From: Chrysomallon squamiferum
Lineage: Eukaryota > Animalia > Mollusca
Assembly (NCBI GenBank): GCA_012295275.1
Contig: CM022671.1
Coordinates: 19,406,001-19,470,000, forward strand
Length of the DNA: 64,000 nucleotides
Direction of reading: 5' to 3'
In this document: in pieces, positions 53,366 through 64,000 of the stretch
Numbering within the stretch: the first letter of the stretch is position 1
Layout of the letters: the number at the start of each line of letters is the position of its first letter
Program-made: the position numbers and the translations under genes
Notes under the pieces: generated by a model
The model's input: the letters and a program-made list of their open reading frames with translations, nothing else
What the model was told of the DNA's origin: nothing
The model's database searches: none

Positions 53366-54823
53366 TGTTTCTTCTAAATTTCCACTCTTAGTTTCCAATG
53401 CTATATTGTTTTCAGTTAGGGACAAGATAACATTCATCGATATCGTTGAATATTATTTTCTTTCTTTACTCATAACTGACACAACTGTTCTGGAATAATA
53501 ATTTTTAGAGAATTTACTGACTGTCCTGACGTCAAGGTTAGTGTGTTGGAACTGTGTGTGCCTGTCTTGAGCCGGGGACTGGAGAATATACACTATGTTA
53601 GTCTTCAGCTGATCATCAGCCTGGCGCAATACTTAATCTACCGTCTTGAGTAGTATTCTGTTTTCTCTGTGAGAGGATCAGTTAGAGAAAAGAGATTTCT
53701 TATACTCTCCAACTAAATCTGATAGGACCTAACTGAGATTCGACCCTAGGACCGATCAATATTAATACAGATGACAAAATAATCCCCGTTTCATGTTATT
53801 AACAGCATTATTGCGTAATGGCTAATTCACTGGCTACAAGGAGGTATCGAGGGCAAGTATAAGATCAAGTCTTATCTTTCTTACAATAATAAATATTTCA
53901 AAATATTCATTTATGTATGGTATAGATAATGTTCTGACTCTCACGGTTTTATTTGGAGATTTGTTTTTATTTATTTTATTTTAATTTTTTTTTTTTTTAA
54001 ATTAAGCAAAACCAGACTTCTTGACACGTTAAATCGATATACGCTGTCAAAGAGATAAATATCAAAGTATGGCTTGATTCATCGATTTGATAAGACATGC
54101 TCTTCATCTGTCTGTTTGTCTTATTATATAACCGTTAAGTTCCTCCTAGACTTCGATATAAACCCAGCAGGAAAAAGCCATCACAGCCAAAGTTGTGATA
54201 ACTTGAAAATGTTAATAATTATGTTTTTTCTTCTTTTTTACATTTTTATTTTTTTAACTGGTTAAAATTTAACCTTCATTTTGTTGTTGGTAAGAACAGC
54301 GACAGAGACAAAATGAACAACAATACTAGATGGTATTATTTAAACTTCTTATAAAATAATTGTTAAATAAAATAAAATAAAATAAATGTAATGAATGAAT
54401 GAATGATTGAATATATTAAATTAAACAAAATCAAAAAATAAATAACAAAAAGACAAACAAATAAATAAATAAACATATAAATACAATTTTATCAAATACA
54501 ACAATAACTTTTAAATTAATTCAAATTAATGACTTTTAAAAGTTATTAAAATAAAAGAATTATGAATTATGAATTTTAAAATACACTCGAATAAAGAGCC
54601 ACGGAGAATGTATTATCGCATGATTCTATAGTTCATATCTCAACTATACGTAACTATTCATTTGCCTTTTTTATCAAACTTTAATGAGCTTAAAGATATT
54701 AAATAGCATATTTATGAAATCCATATCTTTTGACTAACATTTAAATTGTTCAGACTCGGCTAATTCCGTCAACGATAGAATAAATTCATTGTGCCAATAA
54801 GAAGATAATGTGATGTACACGTA

Positions 54824-54966
54824 TAGTCAAACTTGCACTCGCATCCAAATATATATGACATTCACCATAAGTTCTCTTCTTATAGCATTTTAACTCGGTT
54901 TGGCAGCCGTCTGTCTATGACAATCAGACAGGTCCCTTGAGTGGTCGTCATAGACAGGTTCCACTG
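54824..54966. mobile_element. Short Tc1/mariner/pogo-type MITE remnant
   Basis: TA|TAGTCAAACTTG ... GGTCGTCATAGACAGGTTCCACTG|TA: degenerate TIRs flanked by TA. Confidence 0.5.
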
Positions 54967-56079
54967 TAAATGCAGTCGTGATAACGTTCAGCCACGTTCG
55001 GATCGAAACCTCTAGTCACAGCGGCTCTGAGACGATGGCAGTTTGATTATTTTAAATGAGTGGTGCTCCTGTATTTCTTAAATATTTAGGTAATGCATTT
55101 CCAGTAAATTTCGGTGCAGCAAAACTCTGGTATAAGATATTATTTAAAAAAAGTTAAATTGACTGAATATTAATTTGTCTCATACATACATTCATACGTT
55201 TATACATATGTGGACATATGCGCATATATATACACACATACACATACATATATACATACATGCATGCATACACCTATGTATTATCTACATCCATACAATA
55301 TGTTTTTTGACATTAATGAAACAGCGTGTCAAAGACCTGTAAGAATCTCGATTCACCATATTGTCAAACAAATAATTATAGTAGAACGTCTTTCAGTCGA
55401 ACTTTTCACATGGCTTGATTACAACTGTGATAGATATATTTATTATCAGATGTATGATTTAGACTGCTTAATTGCATCGATTTCCAAACTCATTCCAGTG
55501 ACCATGGGGCATTGTTATTGGAATGTATGTCCGTTAAATCGATGGAACTGATGTGAGATAATTATTTCCTGTAATCTTCGTAGTTTTATTTAAATATTTG
55601 TGAAGATATGGAATACTACAGAGATTTGGAGATGTTATATTGTGTAAAAGGGTTTAGTAATAATATATGGATGAGTGAATGTATAAATTGTATAAATGAG
55701 TGAATGAATAACAACAACATAAATAAATAAATATATAAAATAATAATACTACTAATAATAATAAAATTAATAATAATAATAATAATAATATTATTAATAA
55801 TAAATGAATGCTTATTTTAATGAATTAATACAACAATACAACAAAAAGAATGTGTTAAAAGCATTGGTAAAACAAATTAAGCAAATATATTAATTTAAAA
55901 ACGGAGGGAAAACTGCAATAGGTTTTCATTTTGTAAAAACCGATTGTGTCTTAATACATAAAAAAAATAAACTGATGATGGCAACCTAATAATTCTCATC
56001 TAAGCATTTATATATATATAGCCTTCAGACTTAATTCATTCACAGTCAACACAGATAAAATAAAAGGATTCATTTGAAC

Positions 56080-56620
56080 TGCTGCTGAGTCTTGGAACAC
56101 GAGGTGCTATTGCGAATTACAACCATCGCTGATGGCGATAACGCGGATTACAATAAACAATGTTGCTGCCATTTGTCAACGGTCAGCATCCTCTGATCTC
56201 GCCCTCCGCTTACTCTCGGGCCGCGTCCTCTCGGCGTCGCTTATTTGAGTAATTTACTTTATTAATTAGCATCATGGCTTCCTGTGATTAGGTCCGCAGA
56301 CAAGCACAACATGAAGAGATCCCAAGGGCCGAGCCAATCATAAATCGCAGCAATTATCCAATCCCCTCATCAAGAATATTTGGCGCACAGTTGCAGTCAC
56401 GATGAACTCGATTTATGAATAAACGAGGCATTATTTTAAAGACCACTGAATGGTCGGCCGTGTGTCAAGTTATGGACTGTGGCCTGTAAAATTCTTGGAT
56501 TGTATCGGCAGTAATCGCTTCTGGTCTAGCTGCTGTGCCGAAATGCAATGCTGCCAATAAATGAATTTTCACGCACTCATCTACTAAGTTCTGGACAAAG
56601 AGTTTTCTTAGTCTGATATG
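56080..56620. promoter_or_regulatory. GC/CpG-rich non-coding island, candidate enhancer
   Basis: Markedly higher GC and CpG than the flanks; clustered TAAT/ATTA, GGATTA, CATAAATC, GATTTATG, AACAAT and CCAAT motifs; no convincing ORF. Confidence 0.4.
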
Positions 56621-58615
56621 ATGATTGTAAATTCGGGAAAATTCTGAAATGTAAATGAAGATCACAATTAAACTGATAATCCGTTGGGGAATGTCGCATT
56701 AATTTTATTATTCATAAAGAGATATGGATTCAACTTTAGATTAACTGCTACGAGCTATTTCCCAAATTAGGAATGACTGTCTTCTAATTTACGAGGCTTA
56801 TCTTTAAGGAATCTGTGTCTTAAGACATAATTCCTTAAAGAGTTTTAGCTGATCGAGGTGTCATTATTTCAAACGATTTCAGACTGAACTGACTGTCAGA
56901 TACTGGATTGTGTTTCCCTAACGATGGCATCTTATATTAGGAAAGCTAGTTACTAATTTATTTTCGTCCTTTTCATCTAAATCAGGATGTGACCTTACTT
57001 AATTTTCTGAACACGTGCATGAGAGTTTTTACTATATTTTGTCTTATTTTTGTTTGATTATTTGTTTTTTAATGACAAAATTTGACCATGTCCATTTTAT
57101 TTATTTACTTTTTTAAATATGTTCTGTACCACTTTAAAATGCAGCCAACATTTGCATGTTTTTTTTTTTTTTTTTTTAAATATGTATTTGCGAACAACTC
57201 ATAAACTATTTTTTATTTCTAGCTTTATTTTGCGTAGTGCCATTCTCTTTATTTAGCTAATAAACTCTAAAACGCAGTTTGGCTAAGTGGACTTTCCAAG
57301 TCACTCTGTTAGGTTAAGCAGATTTCACAAATCCATTATTAACGCCAGTTACAGAATTCTGCTGTCAAGTAACGGAAACAAAGTGTGCTTTTTGTACCAT
57401 AAATTAATGTAAGCTTTTCTTTAAAATGGTCTTCGGAAAATATGAGAATCTTATATGATAATACTGTGTAATTATGAAAGCCTTGAGTCTGAACAGCTCA
57501 TTAAAATATGTGTCTGTGTGTGGTGTCTGAATGTTATAGATTCAGCTGATGCTCAAGACTTTTGTTTTACCAAGTTACTGAATCAAATTGTGAAGTGCTT
57601 GTTGAAATTCACAAGTGCTTGGCCCAACACACCACAAATCACATAAAACCCACAGGATCGATTGCAATTATACAGACAATCTAACTAGTTCCCGAAGCGG
57701 ATCAAACCGCCCATTTGTGTTCCAGACTTCAATAAATAATTCTGCTGAAACTCACTTTTAATATGCCAAGTTATTTTCAAGTCAGTAGTTTCAGCTGCAT
57801 ATGACGCGACACCAAAATAAACATATAACAGGTAATAAACCCTAGAAAATTAACTGCAATATCAAATACTGCAAAGCTTTAGCATAAACGATAGCAAGAA
57901 GAAAGATAATTTTTTTTTAGTTTATTTAGTTTTAAAAATATTTTATAAAAATATAATTTGAATTTATTGTATATTGTTAGATAAAACTATATATATATAA
58001 TAAAACGAACGAAATTAAAATTTAAACTTCACAAAAAAATCACTTGGATTCCAATTACATAAAAATTAACAGCAAAACTATGAAGTAGATTAAACCGGAT
58101 CATTTGGATTGTCTCGACTTCAACCAAACAAAGCCTAATCGTTTTGCTAATGTATAATTGAGCATTTAGATTGCAGCCATACATTCTATTAAAGATATTT
58201 CAGACAAGAGTGATGTTAGGAGTATCGGCTTGTTCTTTCATATTACGTGAAAAATGGAGCAGAAGTTATGGTTAATGAAAGTTTGTTCCTGTTCAGTGAT
58301 GGAAAAAGACGAATTCTGGCAAGAACAAAGATTCGACAATGATGCAGTTATTACTAAATAATTAGATAGTTCCAGCAGATTTATCACTGTTGTGGGATGA
58401 CATACTGTTCAATATATAAGATAACTCACACGTTAATATGATCTGTAACTGTTCAAAGGAAATTTTGACTTGCTGTGCCTTTTCATCCAGTCAGATTATT
58501 CCTATCAGGAATCCGGTTAGCACTGAGTTGCTTCCCTTTGGAAGTTGATTCACTGATCGAGGTACGTAACAAGTTTTATACAATTTTGAAAAACAAAAGG
58601 AAGCAAATTAAATGT

Positions 58616-58648
<33 letters not shown>

Positions 58649-58848
58649 TATATGGATCGTTCAGTGAATATCAGAAAGAATCAAAATATAATCTGTTTTC
58701 AAGTACTGTTATGTGTAGGCGTCAGGCTAAATATTAAGCAGACTTGTATTTCCCACTATTCATTCCACTCATTCCATCGTCCGTCTATCGTATATCCCAA
58801 GATAAAAAATTAAAAAGTATAAAAAATAAAATAAAATAAAATGAAATA

Positions 58849-58887
<39 letters not shown>

Positions 58888-59020
58888 GTTCGTTCGCTCA
58901 TTTCTACATCTATCCATCCTTCAACCCATTCATCCAGAGAAATACTGAGCTGTTAGCCTACCAGTCTCTATTTTCATACAATTTGGATTAGAAAAGAGAA
59001 TATATAGTTACACCTGTATC

Positions 59021-59704
59021 TTTTTCCGTAAGGAAATATTTACCTACGGAAAATATTCTTATGTCGTTTTCAGTTGATTAATAATTGCGATATATTGTAG
59101 ACTGAGATCGACTTCCGTAGAAATGGGTTGCCCAAAGTGAGATATCACTGATTTGACTTCATTTGTTTCGACCTTACTGCACGACCTTGACCTATTATCG
59201 ACTGTGTACAATAAAAGTGGTTCGAACCCTAATTTCTGTGCGAAATTTCCCATTGCCATAAATATAAATATGCATATTTCTGCAATGAAAGAGTCAAAAA
59301 TGACCTTTAGCTTGACATTTTTGCATGACCTTGACCTAGTATGGAACTGAAACATGTTACTGATTATCAGGCATATTTAAAAACACTATAATGGAGTTTA
59401 ACATCACTGAATTCGGTCAAGTAGTATCAGAGATATGCCGTTTTCTTTATTTTCCATGAGTTACAGCGGCATTCTTGGATTTTGGGTCATACATACATAC
59501 ATACATACATACATACATACATACACCCATCCATCCATCCATACACATACATACATACATACATACATACATACATACATACATACATACATACATACAT
59601 ACATACATACATACATAACAATGAAGTCAGCAGAAGTTAAAACAAACTCATAATTTTTTCTCTGACGTCAGAACGTGGTCTAGATACTACAAGGTCTAGA
59701 CTAA
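59021..59704 (-). mobile_element. Helentron-associated / DINE-1-like non-autonomous element (HINE)
   Basis: On the minus strand: TTAG plus stem-loop (GTCTAGA 59678-59684 / TCTAGAC 59695-59701), (GTAT)n microsatellite 59488-59616, then two diverged ~144-bp internal units each with GACCTTGACCT. A second hairpin lies at 59022-59053. Left boundary uncertain. Confidence 0.65.
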
Positions 59705-61837
59705 CGTTTTATACATTAAACCATTAATAGCACCGGACCACACACTTAGTTTCAGTTAATTTCATTTATTATAAATTGGTCTGAATAGTGCATAAATTCA
59801 TTGCTTACTCCATTTCATTTCCGATATCACCTGTCGTGCTCAACGCTTTTCTTACTGAATTAACAGAGCCTTAACTACTGATGAAACAGACGGGTTACAG
59901 ACCAACAGAAGATTTATTCTGACGGTGACTTTAATCAAACACCCTCTTGTACGATAACGGATTTATTTCCCTTTATTAATTCTTCAGCGCCATAAATTGC
60001 GTACCGACGGATCCCTGCAACGATCACTGCGTTGTAGGCGAATGTGAGAGTGAAATTTCATTAACACAGTGTGAAATGAGTGAGATTCCAACTGCCTCGA
60101 GACTTGATAGATATTCTTTCAAATATCAAGAACGTGTTGGCGTCTTTTATTCCTCTTTGATTTATCAAAACTCAATGTTTAGTCTGAATTACCGTGGATT
60201 TTTCTTTCTTAAAGGTTGAAAAAAATATGACGTGAACACGTCTGAAGTTTTGACCAAATAGTAACAGCTGGAAAACAAACCACTTTCTTCTTATCTAACA
60301 CTTGACTGCAGTTTTATTAAAATAAATAGTTTCTGTGGTTTTGATAAATCACCGTTTAAGTTGCAACACGACAGTTTGCTGTGTGGCGTCGAAGCCAGCA
60401 GATTCGACGTTGCTACCGTGTGCAGAAGAGGGTTTTTGACTATTTATCTTGTACTCGGGATATTAAACAATTAGCCAGTATTACATTTTACAATTAGATA
60501 TTTTTTTTCTACTTTAAGGTGTAATTCATCTCGAATATTGAACTGGGGTCCAGATGTTCATCTTAATATTTTAAATTTAAGTATTTATTAAAACAATACA
60601 ACATAAAATTACAACAACAACAAAACATCTTAAATTACAATAATCATTATAATAGTGAATATGGTACATACATTAAAAATATATATGTACTAGTATATGT
60701 TAATATTAACAAATTCAGTCAATAAAATCAGAATTATGTTTTTGCGGAGTGCATATTAGTGCAACCAAGGATATAATTATCTTCTGTCTTTCTTCTTCCA
60801 GAAAAATGTATTATAAAAAAAAAAAATCTAGAAAAAATGTGAATATTACCAAATATTTAATTTACTGTCAAAATATACATGGAGGAAAGTCAGAATGCAT
60901 ATTTGGAAACTATAAATTAAAATTAAAATAATAATAATAATAATAAAAAAGAAAAGAGAAAACACAACACGTAAAAAAAGAACAAGAAAAAAAAATAAAA
61001 TAAAGAAAAAAACCCAACAAAAACAAAAAACAAATCCAATAATAGCAAAAAACAACAGCAACAAAAAAAAAAGATCAAAACAAAAGAAAGAAAAAACAAC
61101 AAAAAAAAGAAGAAAAAAAAAGAAAGAATATGATAATTATAATAAATACAATAAAATAAGAAGAAAGAATCTTAGATACAGAGATAGAGTTTAAAAAATA
61201 TATCTTCTTCGCAAAAGTTTCAGTTTTATAAGAGCTCCAGTCAGAGTGAATGATTTAAATAGTTTTATCTGTGTGAACCCAGCTAATCAATTTGAATTGT
61301 AACGTCAAGCTTAACGTTATCTGAACTATCTTTCATTTAGCCCGACTCATGCTAAATTAATCAATGACGAAACATTTCAGCTACCGTGCTTACCTGTAGT
61401 ATTCTGCTTAATATTTAATTCTTGTTTTAATTTCAGCCGATAAATATTCGATCAGTTTTTCTCTGACAGTAAGTTACGATTTTATTTCCCGTTCTTGCTT
61501 GCGCTCGCTAACCGATGCAGTAAATAATATGATTTAATATAAACATCATAAAAAAGCCACAGTTATTTAACAAAAAGGCAATGCATGGTTTATTTTGTTT
61601 TCTGAACAATTAAGTCTAAATATATATTTAAAACTTTATAGCATTTCGTTTCTTACTAGACAACAAACTGTGATACTAATACATGGAGACTGACAACTTA
61701 CTTCATGTAAAATGTGAAATAGAAATGTAAAATAGAAATGTAAAATAAACTAACCAGCAGATAAACAATTAATACATGTTTGTTTGTGGTTGTCTCTGCG
61801 TATATGTGTGGGTATATGTGTATATGTGAGTATGTGT

Positions 61838-61915
61838 GTATGTATGTATGTATGTATGTATGTATGTATGTATGTATGTATGTATGTATGTATGTATGTA
61901 TGTATGTATGTATGT

Positions 61916-61947
<32 letters not shown>
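61838..61947. repeat. (TATG)n + (TG)n compound microsatellite
   Basis: Direct inspection. Confidence 0.97.
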
Positions 61948-62056
61948 CTGTTAGACTAAAATTACGTTAATTTTATAATTGCTCAATTGATGTTTTAAAT
62001 TTAAATTTAGTTTTTAGATTTTGCATTTCTATATGTGAAAAGATATCACTAAAATG

Positions 62057-62087
<31 letters not shown>

Positions 62088-64000
62088 CCTCATCCAGAGC
62101 CAGTTATTATTATTATTATTATAAATAATTATTTTGTTTTTGTTATATGCTTTCCGGTTTGACGTAGCTTCTTTTAAAAAAAAAATTCAGTTAAGATGAA
62201 AATATTTCTTTTTCTTTCTTTCCTTTAATTCCTGATATTTAAAAGCACCATTAAAATAATATTTAGTGCTGTTTTCTTTTTCTTTTTCTTTTTTTAAAAT
62301 AACAATTACTTTTACTTAGTGTTTTCCTAATTCATTCTCTTTATAGTACATGCACTTGTACCTTTATATTAATATTATAAAATCATATCTGAATTCAGTT
62401 TATTGACATGACAATTAAGCTAAAAAATATGAAAGAAAGATGACAGAAAAAATGAGGAAAGAAAAGAAAGGAAATAAGGACCAACTAAAATTATACAAAG
62501 GAAATCATGATTAATTTTATTAAAAAAATGAAATAAATAAACATTCTGACAAAACAGTGACTAACTCCAGTGTTATCTATTGTAGTCTTGTTAAAGTGTG
62601 TGAAAGAATAGTGAAAATTACTTATTTGATAACATTACGTCTTTACTTTATGTCTAGCACACTCGTTATTAATACAATAAATAACATAATAATGTAGTTT
62701 ACAAATATTTCTACAAAAATTATTATTCATAATATTATGTTGATCGTGGCCAGTCTTGCCATCAGCGATAATTTAATGTATTCATTCGTTAACGCAAAAA
62801 CATAATTAAAAACGTAATATATAAGACTGTAAACAATTAAATTAACAAATATATCGATTAAAGGAAAAACGTATAACTTTTTGTTTAAATTAATTGTTAA
62901 ATTTAATTAATAAAAGGAGAAAAAAGACAACAAATAAAAAAAAAAAAAAAAAAAAAAAAAAAAGAAAGAAAGAATAGTTTAATTAATTAAAAGAATTCAA
63001 AATGCAGATAGCAATAATAAACTGTTTCCATTAATTCATCATAAACAGGAACTTTATTATATCATCGTGTTTGTTGTCAAACACGTTAAAATTCCTTGAA
63101 TTATTTATTATCTGCAATTTGTTAAAAAAAATTTATAAAGGGTAATAAAATGTACTTATAACAAGAATTCATTTAGTTAATTACTTAATACATATTTGCG
63201 TTACTATGCAAATATTAATTACATGGAGCTGTACTTGACACGATCAATGTCAACAGTAAAAAAAAAAAATAATAATAATAATAAAAAAGATAAATAAACA
63301 AATAAAAATAAATACATTTCATACAACTTTTAATTAGAAAACAAAGAATTTTTTTTTTTTATCGGCTTCTGGCAAGTCGAACAGAACGTTGTGGAGGTTA
63401 TACGCAAACGAAATTCTGTGTTAATGGCTGTCAATTAAAGATTCGCAGGAAAATAACCTAGATTGTGAGATTCGGGGTTCCAGAGAGCGGTGCACAAGCT
63501 TTAGGCAGTATTATTGCGTGCGATAAATTTGATCCAAATTGTGTACGCTTCCTCCGCCATTCCTTTGTAAAGAAGTTAATTAACAACAGTAACACGAGAC
63601 TGGTTTTGTTTAATGTAACACTCAGATCGTGAAACGTTTCTTTGAAGCTCGAGTCTGCTATTACAAAACTTACTGGAAACAACAACAATCAAAAACAAAC
63701 ACTAACAGTCGCTGTTATTATCTCTGCTAAGAATAATACAAACATTTTCATCAAACTCGTCATCAAAATAACTTTGATTTCTTCTAATACTACAGCTACA
63801 TCTTATACGACTACCACTACTATAGACAGAATATCACAACTACTGTAACTAAAAATTGTACTTCAACCACACAACTATTGTTGCTGTTACTGTAATTGTT
63901 GTTGTTGTTGTTATTACAGCTGCTATTACTGATTTTTTTTTAAATGTGATATTCTTAAACTGATCACCTGCATAACAGATTGATATAATATTTTTAAAAA

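Noticed and set aside
54170-54200. miR-2-like sequence CATCACAGCCAAAGTTGTGAT
   Set aside because: Seed-level similarity only; no complementary 5' arm for a pre-miRNA hairpin.

Overview
AT-rich, microsatellite-dense animal genomic DNA. The repeat types suggest a mollusc, possibly a gastropod; this is an inference. The first ~14 kb hold a head-to-head pair of multi-exon genes. On the minus strand is the 5' part of a TRPV channel of the Inactive/OSM-9 type (7 coding exons, 114-5181, continuing off the left edge), with one apparent +1 frameshift in exon 3. On the plus strand is an intron-containing leukotriene A4 hydrolase (LTA4H, M1 aminopeptidase) pseudogene (6973-14156) with several frameshifts, three nonsense codons, a deletion of the third zinc ligand, a lost splice acceptor and apparently missing exons. 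In the remaining ~50 kb I recognise no coding exon. It is a CpG-retaining non-coding region of complex 'islands' separated by simple repeats, and it contains a hAT MITE with a perfect 8-bp target-site duplication (TSD), pogo/Tigger-like MITEs, decayed tRNA-SINEs, a Helentron/HINE-like element, a ~260-bp foldback and a few candidate promoters or first exons. I found no convincing wholly new biological system. All exon boundaries and translations were done by hand.
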